A stretch of DNA of 32,845 bases from Candidatus Woesearchaeota archaeon (GTDB lineage Archaea > Nanobdellota > Nanobdellia > Woesearchaeales > UBA10216): NCBI GenBank assembly GCA_016188205.1, contig JACPIG010000061.1, positions 1 to 32,845 on the forward strand, read 5' to 3'. A model generated the notes under the pieces. That model made no database searches. It was not told where the DNA came from and worked only from the letters and a program-made list of their open reading frames with translations. This document shows positions 22,812 through 30,165 of this stretch, in pieces. The translations under genes were made by a program, and so were the position numbers. How positions within the stretch are numbered: the first letter of the stretch is position 1; each line of letters starts with the position of its first letter.

Positions 22812-24865
22812 GCTGCCATCACCCCTGCAACAGCCACAGCATGAGCACCTGCAACTGCACCAGTTCCATCTTTTTGCGCACCATCCGCCCAGTCTTTCGG
22901 CACATACCTGACCATAGCAAGCACTTCTGCCTTCAGCCTTTCATAAGCAGGCATTCTTCCATTAGGCAGAATGCTTTCCCTTATGTCGTAGCCATAAGCA
23001 GACTTGCTGACGACGATTATCGGCGGGCTTTGAACGCGCTTGAACACGTTTCCTTCTGCCTTTGCAATAAACCACTCAAGGTCGCTGACAAACTCTTTTG
23101 GGTCATCCATGCCCCAGCGCCTTATGAGCTCAGTTGATATTCCGAGATTCTCCTCAAGAGCGCCCTCAATGTACCAGCGCATTATCTGCTCAGGCGATTT
23201 CCTCATGTAGTCAGTCATGGCATTGACAAACGCGCAGTGGTAGCCGAACTTTATAGGACTCACCTGACCTTCCTTCAGCTCAGGACCAGACTTTATCTGG
23301 TCATCCCTGAACCTGTACAGCCTGTCAGGAATAAGCTCTTCCGGAAGCACTTCCCTTCCGAAAATCTCTCTGTTAAGGTAACGCGCAAGCTCAAAAACCT
23401 CTGCCTTTGTCAAATCGCCAATTGGCGATAATGCCCCGCCAACATCCCCATAGAGCGTTGCGTAGCCAAGCATTATCTCATCCTTGTTGCCGTTGTTCGT
23501 GAACAAGGCGCCATACATGCCTGCAAGGTTTGAAAGAATTGCAGTTCCCCGGATTTTTGCAGCAACGTTCTCAACGTAGCTGCTCTCGGCAAGCTTCTTC
23601 CCGCTGCCGTCAAGGTCAAAGCGGTCAATAAGAGCGATGTTTGCATTTGTGAGCTCTTCTATCGGGATTTCCACGTAGCCGATACCAAGGCTTTCAGCAA
23701 TTCCTGCAGCAGCCTGCATTGTCCTTGCAGAATTAACATGTGTAGGCATATTGATGGCAAGCACCTTCTCAGGGCCAACAGCCACTGTCAGAAGAGCTGC
23801 AACAACTGCGCTGTCTATGCCTCCGCTCAGGCCTATCACGTATCTTGGCTGCTCCTGCAAGCCCATGAAATCCTTCATGTGCCTTATGCCTTCTACGATT
23901 GCCTCGTACTTCTGCGCAATCATCGGCTTCTCAAGCCTCACAACAGGGCTCCTAAAAAATTCTTCCTCATCAACAATCATGAGCTCCTGCTCATAAGCGG
24001 CTTTGCTGAGCCTGACAGGCAAGCCATCACTGTTGTAAACGGTTGAGCCGCCATCAAACGTTATGAAGTTCTTGCCAGTATTCTGAACCCCTGTGCAGTT
24101 GACATAAAGGAACGGAACAAAGCTGTTTCCTGACTCTCCCTTCAGAAACCTTATCCTCCTGTCCCTTGCAGCGTTCTTGCCGTAAGTCCAGGGAGAAGCG
24201 GAAATGTTGACAACGAGCTGCGCGCCGTTTCCTATCAGAATCCTTGTGGCGTTCTGCGCCTCGCCGTTCCTCCTGTAATCAGCACACCACAAATCCTCGC
24301 ACACCTCAAAGCCAACAGGAACCTTTTTTCCTTTTACGTCTATTACGAAAGGCTGCACGAGGTCTTCAAGCGCTGCGCCAAAATCCTTTGCAACGTCCTC
24401 TGTGGAAAAGAAATACCTCTCATCGTCAAAGAACCTGTAGTTCGGAAGCAAGGTCTTTGGCTGCACGCCTTCAGGCAGCAGATTTGTTTCCTTCAGGCGC
24501 TGTGCAGGCATGCCATTCTGGAAAACGTAAACAGCATTGTACTTCCTGCTCCTCCCATCCTTGTTCGGATGAGGCTTTTCGTCGCCAACCCTTTCATTGA
24601 TTTCCCGGTCAACAAAGATATTGCCATAAGCAACGGCAATACCATCGCTTGCCTTTCTCAGAGCCTCATTGAACTCCATCAGGCCTTCGCAGTAGTCGTC
24701 GCTGAGCCACTTGTCACCCAGAAGGTAGCCGCCAACACTCATCTCAGGGAAAGCAATAAGGTCAACGCCCTCAAGCTTTGCCCTTTCAATCATGCCAAGC
24801 ATTGCCTCAAGGTTTTTCCCTGGAGCTCCGGGCTTCACTTCCATCTGTGCAAGCGCAACCTTCAT
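22808..24865 (-). CDS. nadE: Glutamine-dependent NAD+ synthetase (CN-hydrolase glutaminase domain plus PP-loop synthetase domain)
   Basis: The nitrilase-type N-terminus is MKVALAQMEVKPG...LIAFPEMSVGGY...FEVCEDLW. The PP-loop is VIGLSGGIDSAVVAAL. ATG at 24865 is preceded by AAGGTGG. Confidence 0.93.
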   Translation of the reverse strand: MKVALAQMEVKPGAPGKNLEAMLGMIERAKLEGVDLIAFPEMSVGGYLLGDKWLSDDYCEGLMEFNEALRKASDGIAVAYGNIFVDREINERVGDEKPHPNKDGRSRKYNAVYVFQNGMPAQRLKETNLLPEGVQPKTLLPNYRFFDDERYFFSTEDVAKDFGAALEDLVQPFVIDVKGKKVPVGFEVCEDLWCADYRRNGEAQNATRILIGNGAQLVVNISASPWTYGKNAARDRRIRFLKGESGNSFVPFLYVNCTGVQNTGKNFITFDGGSTVYNSDGLPVRLSKAAYEQELMIVDEEEFFRSPVVRLEKPMIAQKYEAIVEGIRHMKDFMGLQEQPRYVIGLSGGIDSAVVAALLTVAVGPEKVLAINMPTHVNSARTMQAAAGIAESLGIGYVEIPIEELTNANIALIDRFDLDGSGKKLAESSYVENVAAKIRGTAILSNLAGMYGALFTNNGNKDEIMLGYATLYGDVGGALSPIGDLTKAEVFELARYLNREIFGREVLPEELIPDRLYRFRDDQIKSGPELKEGQVSPIKFGYHCAFVNAMTDYMRKSPEQIMRWYIEGALEENLGISTELIRRWGMDDPKEFVSDLEWFIAKAEGNVFKRVQSPPIIVVSKSAYGYDIRESILPNGRMPAYERLKAEVLAMVRYVPKDWADGAQKDGTGAVAGAHAVAVAGVMAA

Positions 24866-24893
24866 TTTGTCCACCTTCAGCCTTTAGCAGGCT

Positions 24894-25559
24894 TTAGCGC
24901 AGGTACTGCTCCAGCGCTGTTGAATCAATCATCCTGACGCCTCTTGCCACCCACGCATCTGTCGGGTCAGGGATTCCGGGCAGCCCCTTGATGGCATCCC
25001 TGACAACATAAACCTCAATCGGCCTGCCACCAATTTTCCTGTCAAGCAGCCCACCGACTGCGAAGTCAACGCAAACATTAGTTGCGACACCGTAAACAAA
25101 CACCCTCTCAGGCTTCAGAATCTCAAGCACCCTTTCAACGTGAGGCGAGCCGTGCTCCCTGTTGAAAACATCAACGTGGTCCTTGGTCAGCACAATATTG
25201 CGGTGCGACAGCACCATTTTTTCATCCAGCGTTCTGTCACGCCAGTCAAGAACATAAGCATCCCTTGGCTTTGTTGCAGGCACAAACTCTGCTCCAGATG
25301 TTCCGTACATGCAGTGATCAGGAAATGTTTTTACAAAATCAGGATTATCAGAAAGTTCCCCTGAGCCTTTCTGGTGAGAATCTGCCTGGTTTATTACAGG
25401 GACATCATAATCCTCTGCTGTTTTTGTAACCCTTTCAAGCGCAGGTTCAATCTCCTCTGCTCCAGGCACGTACAGCCTGCCGTCCTTCCGCATAAAGTCG
25501 CCAGCTGTATCCACGTTCCAAAACAATGTCCCTGCCAGCTTTTCTTCCAGTCCAGCCAT
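24894..25559 (-). CDS. pncA: Nicotinamidase / pyrazinamidase (isochorismatase family)
   Basis: LFWNVDTAGDFM is the Asp motif and VFVYGVATNVCVDFAVGGL carries the catalytic Cys. ATG at 25559 is preceded by GGTGAGGTGG. Confidence 0.87.
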   Translation of the reverse strand: MAGLEEKLAGTLFWNVDTAGDFMRKDGRLYVPGAEEIEPALERVTKTAEDYDVPVINQADSHQKGSGELSDNPDFVKTFPDHCMYGTSGAEFVPATKPRDAYVLDWRDRTLDEKMVLSHRNIVLTKDHVDVFNREHGSPHVERVLEILKPERVFVYGVATNVCVDFAVGGLLDRKIGGRPIEVYVVRDAIKGLPGIPDPTDAWVARGVRMIDSTALEQYLR

Positions 25560-25577
25560 TTTTACCACCTCACCAGT

Positions 25578-25721
25578 TCAATCCATAAGCTCAAACTCGT
25601 ATGCCTCATGTTCTCCGCGCATTGAGCCAATGCCTGTGCCAAATGCAATGAGCACCGCATACTTGCCGCTCTTTCCACGCACAGTTCCAAGCTGCTCCAT
25701 TCCCTGCGTTACCTTCACCAT
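25578..25721 (-). CDS. Unannotated 47-aa ORF between pncB and pncA
   Basis: ATG at 25721 is preceded by GGAGGGATGCAGG, and TGA is at 25580-25578, 18 nt before the pncA ATG. Translation is MVKVTQGMEQLGTVRGKSGKYAVLIAFGTGIGSMRGEHEAYEFELMD. It is below the ORF-track length cutoff and sits directly behind one copy of the repeated promoter/operator box. Confidence 0.4.
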   Translation of the reverse strand: MVKVTQGMEQLGTVRGKSGKYAVLIAFGTGIGSMRGEHEAYEFELMD

Positions 25722-25760
25722 CCTGCATCCCTCCGCAACACTTCCACTAATTTTGTTGCT

Positions 25761-25790
25761 GTAATTTTTACACTTACTAAGCCATTAAAA
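25761..25790 (-). promoter_or_regulatory. Promoter/operator box copy A (internal promoter overlapping the last pncB codons)
   Basis: The minus strand reads TTTTAAtggcttAGTAAGTGTAAAAATTAC. The same TATA-like element and spacing to the AGTGTAAAAA..AC motif are seen in copies B and C. Confidence 0.5.
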
Positions 25791-27216
25791 CAGGCTCTGC
25801 ACATGCGTGCATTGCATACTTTTCCTTAAGCACTTGAACAAGCCCCTGAAGCCCTTCTGACAGCTCAACCCTGTAGCCGTCTGCAGGAGCCCTCACAGCC
25901 CTGATATCATCAGGAAGCATTCCAACGCAGGCAAGCGCGTAGCTTCTTGTTTCTTTGAGAGTCTTTCTTTCAGCAACCCTTCTTCCATCCCTCACAACCT
26001 GCTCAAGAAGCGGAACTCCTTCAACATGCTCGCCTTCAAGCGCTATTACGTCATGCAGGCATCTTCCTTCACCATCCACAACCCTGTAAACCTGCTTTTT
26101 CCCAGGCAAAGTCTGCTTGCCCTCTGAAAGCTTTATTTTAGCCCCGTCTTCGTCCTCAACAAGCTTGTAAACCCCTGATATTGCCGCAACAGGCTTTGCA
26201 GTAATCATCTCTGTGCCAACACCATAAGCATCAATCCTCGCCCCCCTCCTTCGGAGCTCCTCTATCTTGTACTCATTGAGATCGTTGCTCGCAACAATCC
26301 TTACATATCCCATGCCTTCATCGTCAAACATCTGCCTGACTTCTATAGACAGGCCTGCAAGGTCGCCTGAGTCAAGCCTTACAGCATACAGCCTTTTTCC
26401 CTCTGCCTCAAGCTCTTTTGCAACCGTGACTGCGTTCCTTGCGCCCTGAATAGTGTCGTAAGTGTCAATCAGCAGCGTTGACTTGTCAGGGAAAGTCCTC
26501 GCATAAGCCCTGAAAGCGTCAATCTCTTCCTGGAAGCTCATCACAAAGCTGTGCGCATGAGTTCCTGCAACCGGTATTCCGTATTCCATCCCTGCCTTCA
26601 CGTTGCTTGTTGCTACAGCCCCTCCAATGTATGCCGCCCTTGCACCTTCCATTGCAGCATCCTCGCCCTGCGCCCTGCGCAAGCCGAAATCCACAATAGC
26701 GGCGCCATTCGCGGCATTAACAACCCTGCTTGCCTTTGTTGCAATCATGGTCTGGAAGTTTATTATGTTCAGCAACGCTGTTTCAAGGAACTGAACCTCA
26801 GCCCTTTTCCCGGTAACCCTCAATACAGGCTCGTCTGGAAAGAAAGGCGCTCCTTCCCTTAGTGCATATATGTCACCTGTGAACCTCATATCTTTCAGAA
26901 ACTCAAGGAACGCTTCGCTGAAAGTCCCCTGCTGCCTCAGGTAGCTTATGTCTTCTGGCGTGAATTCTATACCTGTGGCATAGTCAATTGCATCCTCTAT
27001 TCCGTTCGCTATGTAGTATCCCCAATTATCAGGCAGATTCCTTATGAACAGCTCAAATGTTGCAGTGTCGTTCTTTCCATTCTCAAAGTATGCGGCAGCC
27101 ATGGTAAGCTGGTAGAGGTCTGTCAGCATGGTCTTGCCTTGCATGCTTTGAATGCCATGCATGCCCTGCTCATCCTGCGCCAGTCTTTCCAAATCAGCCA
27201 CCATACCAATCACCAT
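25777..27216 (-). CDS. pncB: Nicotinate phosphoribosyltransferase
   Basis: MLTDLYQLTMAAAYF, IVDFGLRRAQG and PVAGTHAHSFVMSF are NAPRTase-family hallmarks. Start trimmed from 27324 to the ATG at 27216, because 27217-27345 is a promoter block duplicated upstream of 29148. Confidence 0.9.
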   Translation of the reverse strand: MVIGMVADLERLAQDEQGMHGIQSMQGKTMLTDLYQLTMAAAYFENGKNDTATFELFIRNLPDNWGYYIANGIEDAIDYATGIEFTPEDISYLRQQGTFSEAFLEFLKDMRFTGDIYALREGAPFFPDEPVLRVTGKRAEVQFLETALLNIINFQTMIATKASRVVNAANGAAIVDFGLRRAQGEDAAMEGARAAYIGGAVATSNVKAGMEYGIPVAGTHAHSFVMSFQEEIDAFRAYARTFPDKSTLLIDTYDTIQGARNAVTVAKELEAEGKRLYAVRLDSGDLAGLSIEVRQMFDDEGMGYVRIVASNDLNEYKIEELRRRGARIDAYGVGTEMITAKPVAAISGVYKLVEDEDGAKIKLSEGKQTLPGKKQVYRVVDGEGRCLHDVIALEGEHVEGVPLLEQVVRDGRRVAERKTLKETRSYALACVGMLPDDIRAVRAPADGYRVELSEGLQGLVQVLKEKYAMHACAEPVLMA

Positions 27217-27222
27217 ATAGTT

Positions 27223-27345
27223 ATTGTGTTTTTTACACTTACTTTGAGCCTTAAAAACGCTCAACGCCACAATTAGTGTATAGTATACACTAACTACTAT
27301 ATAAATGTTTTGGAAATGTGGCATATATGGTATATACTGAAAGAA
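27223..27345 (-). promoter_or_regulatory. Conserved intergenic module 1: tandem TATA boxes each followed by a TAGTGTA-type operator
   Basis: attgtgttttttacact (27223-27239) is 17/17 identical to 29177-29193. ttaaaaa at 27251-27257 is TATA-like on the minus strand. A perfect 19-bp palindrome tagtgtata-g-tatacacta lies at 27274-27292. A second TATA tatataaa is at 27298-27305 and ggtatatact at 27329-27338. Confidence 0.6.
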
Positions 27346-28275
27346 CTATCGCGCCTGCCACCTTACAAGGTGCGCTTTCTGGTATGCGGGCATGATTGTT
27401 GCCGTTTTGCCTGCTGTGAACTCCAGATAATCAGACTCTATTCCGTCGCTGAAAATCACTCCGCTCTCAGGCATTTGAGACACAACCTTCAATGGATTAT
27501 TTCCTGCTGCCCTGCCCCTTATTATGCCTGTCCCTGTGATTCTTGAAGGAAAGGGATTCATCACTGTAAAGACAAGGTAATCCGAATCCCTTGGAAACGC
27601 CACCTGCTCCAACGGGCAGCTCTGATTGCCGGCAAGCGCATACGCTCCGACCATTATGGATGTCAGCCAGCCTGTTGAGCCTGCCCCTGTTGATACCAGT
27701 ATTCCGTCTGACGACTGCATTTCAGACTTTTTCCCATGCTCAATCCTGTACTTTGCCGAAACATGAGAACTCCTTCCAATATACAAGTCGTTCAATGCCA
27801 GCATTGACTGACCGTCCTCCATTACAGCCTCAGCCATTGTAATCTCCTCAAGCCCTGTTTTCCCTCCCAGAGTGTCCTCAAGACACTTCCTGAAAGTTTC
27901 CGGCCTGCATGTAGTGAAGGTGTCATCAAACCTTTCGGCGTCGGGATTGACAACGATTATAGGCTGCCCCTGCGCGTATTTTGCCACGTTCACAAACAAG
28001 CCAGGGTCTCCAACTACAACAATCAGGTCTTTTTCGGCGAACATATGTGTTGGCAGAAAGCCCTTTTCTATTACTTGCGACCGCATTGAAGAAGGAATTG
28101 CAGAAGCTGTCATTGCAACGCCCCTATGGTAAGCATCATGCGCTTCCCGGTAGCCGCTGTAGGACTCACCCCTGCTTTCAAGATAGAATTTTACCTGAGA
28201 AGCTGTTGCATGGCGGCGCAGCAGCTCCTCAAGCGGTGTATTCCTTCTTACCACGACAATCCTGTCCAGCCCCAT
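27346..28275 (-). CDS. Divergent NAD-kinase-family protein
   Basis: LIVVVGDPGLF stands in place of GGDGT. ALNDLYIG is NE/NDxxI-like. SDGILVSTGAGSTGW corresponds to DGxxxSTPTGSTAY. The gene starts 3 nt after the stop of the SPFH gene. Confidence 0.68.
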   Translation of the reverse strand: MGLDRIVVVRRNTPLEELLRRHATASQVKFYLESRGESYSGYREAHDAYHRGVAMTASAIPSSMRSQVIEKGFLPTHMFAEKDLIVVVGDPGLFVNVAKYAQGQPIIVVNPDAERFDDTFTTCRPETFRKCLEDTLGGKTGLEEITMAEAVMEDGQSMLALNDLYIGRSSHVSAKYRIEHGKKSEMQSSDGILVSTGAGSTGWLTSIMVGAYALAGNQSCPLEQVAFPRDSDYLVFTVMNPFPSRITGTGIIRGRAAGNNPLKVVSQMPESGVIFSDGIESDYLEFTAGKTATIMPAYQKAHLVRWQAR

Positions 28276-28278
28276 TTT

Positions 28279-29148
28279 TTATCCCGCATCCCTCAGCGCA
28301 GCCAGCAGCTCTGTTGTTATTGTCAGGTTTCCCACATTGCCTCTCCTGCCCAGCTCGTAAAGTGCCAGAGCAGCAAGCTTGGCAGGAGTGTGTGCGTCAA
28401 ACGGAGCTAATCCGAGCCTGGCTGCTGCAGCTTCATATTCAGCTTTCTTTGTCGCATTCCCGCCCTGAAGCTCAATGAGTTGCTTCCTTCCTCTTTCCAG
28501 ATCATGCTCTGTTTTGAGCTCTGCCCTCTTTATTATCCTGTCCTGTTCAACAGCCGCAGCCCTTCTGCCGTAAGTTGCGGCATCTGCAAGCTTCAATAGC
28601 CCTTCCCTGTATTCTGCCCCAAGCGCTTTGGCAATATCAGGCTGTGCCTGCGGAGCGCTGAAATAAACAGCCATCACACTTATGCCCAATCCTTTCACCA
28701 CAGGGGAAGCATTCAGCGCGCCCATGACGTGCTCTGAGAGCTCTTCACTCATCCCCAGCAATTCCTCCAGCGTCTTTTCCTGGATGCACCTGCGTGCATT
28801 CGCCCTGGCTATCTCAAGCACGTGGTCCGGTAGTTTTTCAGGGTCCTCTGACAGGTAATCCCTTGTTCCTGGGTCTATGGCAAAATTATACTCTCCGAGC
28901 ACCTTCCGTGGCTCCGCAATCCGGTACAGAAATCCGCCCTGTAAGATAACTTCCTGTTTGTTCGCACTCATTTCCCTGAAATCAAAGGGCTTTTCTGCAA
29001 CATTTACAGGCACAAGCTCTATGCTGGTGTTAAACCTTAGATAGTGCCTGCCGATACCTGTCCCCTCGCCTATTGTCTTTCCCCCTGAACTGAACCTTAC
29101 ATATTCAGTCGGCTCTGCCCTGAAATAGCTTACAATGCCCATGTTCAT
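28279..29148 (-). CDS. SPFH/Band-7 (stomatin/prohibitin/flotillin-like) domain protein without an obvious TM segment
   Basis: VILQGGFLYRIAEPRKVL...LEIARANARRCIQEKTLEELLGMSEELSEHVMGALNASPVVKGLGISVMAVYFSAPQAQPDIAKAL is followed by an Ala/Glu/Arg-rich coiled-coil tail. A GGAGGGG site is upstream. The second ATG at 29142 is spaced better from it. Confidence 0.65.
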   Translation of the reverse strand: MNMGIVSYFRAEPTEYVRFSSGGKTIGEGTGIGRHYLRFNTSIELVPVNVAEKPFDFREMSANKQEVILQGGFLYRIAEPRKVLGEYNFAIDPGTRDYLSEDPEKLPDHVLEIARANARRCIQEKTLEELLGMSEELSEHVMGALNASPVVKGLGISVMAVYFSAPQAQPDIAKALGAEYREGLLKLADAATYGRRAAAVEQDRIIKRAELKTEHDLERGRKQLIELQGGNATKKAEYEAAAARLGLAPFDAHTPAKLAALALYELGRRGNVGNLTITTELLAALRDAG

Positions 29149-29176
29149 CCCCTCCGTTTTCCTGCTTTTTATTAAT

Positions 29177-29345
29177 ATTGTGTTTTTTACACTAAGTTTT
29201 TGATTTAAAAATTACTTTTCTTTCAAATAAAACGAAGTGCCTTTTTGTCATTTTTTAACCGCTGTTGCCATAGTTATTGTATGATATACACTATTACTAT
29301 AAAAATATTTCGCCAATTCACTATATAGGATATATACTCTGAGAA
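29177..29345 (-). promoter_or_regulatory. Conserved intergenic module 2 (paralog of 27223-27345, with an insertion of about 40 bp)
   Basis: attgtgttttttacact is at 29177-29193 and the TATA-like ttaaaaa at 29205-29211. A partial palindrome tattgtatgatatacacta lies at 29275-29293. tataaaaa is at 29298-29305 and ggatatatact at 29328-29338. Order and spacing match module 1. Confidence 0.6.
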
Positions 29346-29366
29346 TTTCAAGAAATCCGGCAAAAC

Positions 29367-30041
29367 TTAAACAAACACGTGAATTCTGTCCTTAAGAGCC
29401 CTGTAAGACCTGCTCCTGAACCTGTAAAGAAGCGCGGGCCTGTGAGCACCCTCCATCTTTGTCTCCCTTGCGCTGGCGAGGATGTCAAGCGCCTTAATCC
29501 TCTTCCTGAAATTCCTCTTGTCAAGCTTCTCGCCCATAACCCTCTCATAAAGCTCCTGCAGCTCAGTTAGAGTGAACTTCTCAGGCAGAATCTGCGCAGC
29601 TATGTTTGTGGTCTGGATTTCAAACCTCAGCTCTGAAAGGGCATCATTAAGAATCTTCATGTGGTCAAAGGCAAGGTTCCTGACGCTGCTTACGCCCACC
29701 CACTGCGCTTCCATCGCATCAGCCTTTGCTTCAAGCCTGAACTTCTCCGAGTCAATGAGCGCCATGAAGGCAATGCTTACAATCCTTCCCCTCGGGTCCC
29801 TGCTGACATCGCCGTAAGCTGTAAGCTTTTTGATAAAGATTCCCCTGACGCCAGTTTCCTCCTCCAGCTCCCTCAAAGCCGCCTTCTCAAGGCTTTCATC
29901 AATCTCAACAAAGCCGCCAGGCAATGCGAACTGCCCTTTGAACGGAGGGTTCTTTCTCCTGATGAGCAGAACCTGCAAAACGCCTTTGCTGACTGTGAAC
30001 ACAACAATGTCTGCTGCAACGTGGATGTTTTTCCATTCCAT
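29367..30041 (-). CDS. nrtR: NrtR-type regulator (Nudix domain fused to a C-terminal winged helix)
   Basis: The Nudix box GGFVEIDESLEKAALRELEEETGV is intact. It is followed by LAFDHMKILNDALSELR and FTLTELQELYERVMGEKLDKRNFRKRIKALDIL...HRPALLYRF, which matches the NrtR C-terminal wHTH pattern as I remember it. Confidence 0.87.
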   Translation of the reverse strand: MEWKNIHVAADIVVFTVSKGVLQVLLIRRKNPPFKGQFALPGGFVEIDESLEKAALRELEEETGVRGIFIKKLTAYGDVSRDPRGRIVSIAFMALIDSEKFRLEAKADAMEAQWVGVSSVRNLAFDHMKILNDALSELRFEIQTTNIAAQILPEKFTLTELQELYERVMGEKLDKRNFRKRIKALDILASARETKMEGAHRPALLYRFRSRSYRALKDRIHVFV

Positions 30042-30042
30042 G

Positions 30043-30070
30043 GTGTAAAACTCACATGAAGGATTTAAAT
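30043..30070 (-). promoter_or_regulatory. nrtR promoter: TATA box plus an operator-like GTG-N7-CAC site abutting the start codon (possible autoregulation)
   Basis: On the minus strand ATTTAAAT (30063-30070) lies about 25 nt upstream of the ATG at 30041. GTGAGTTTTACAC (30043-30055) resembles GTGTTTTTTACAC of boxes B and C, in the opposite orientation. Confidence 0.45.
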
Positions 30071-30100
30071 ATTTTTCTGTTCAATAATCCATATAGTTAG

Positions 30101-30123
30101 AATACTAATTGGCAATTAGTATT
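30101..30123. promoter_or_regulatory. Perfect 23-bp palindrome AATACTAATTG-G-CAATTAGTATT
   Basis: Arms 30101-30111 and 30113-30123 are exact reverse complements. A third ATTAGTAT half-site occurs at about 30146-30153. Confidence 0.6.
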
Positions 30124-30165
30124 GATATGTGAATTTTGTTATTCCTGATTAGTATGATGTTCCAG

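Noticed and set aside
16658-27216. Phage-type NARP1 pathway (ADP-ribose pyrophosphokinase plus nicotinamide ADPR-transferase)
   Set aside because: No Prs-like (ribose-phosphate pyrophosphokinase fold) gene is visible. The phosphoribosyltransferase looks like a canonical PncB sitting next to PncA, so I claim only a possible functional analogy.
27217-27324. N-terminal extension of pncB (MPHFQNIYIVVSVYYTLIV...) given in the ORF track
   Set aside because: The extension is read through a promoter/operator block that is duplicated upstream of an unrelated gene (29177-29345). The NAPRTase homology only begins near MLTDLYQLTM.
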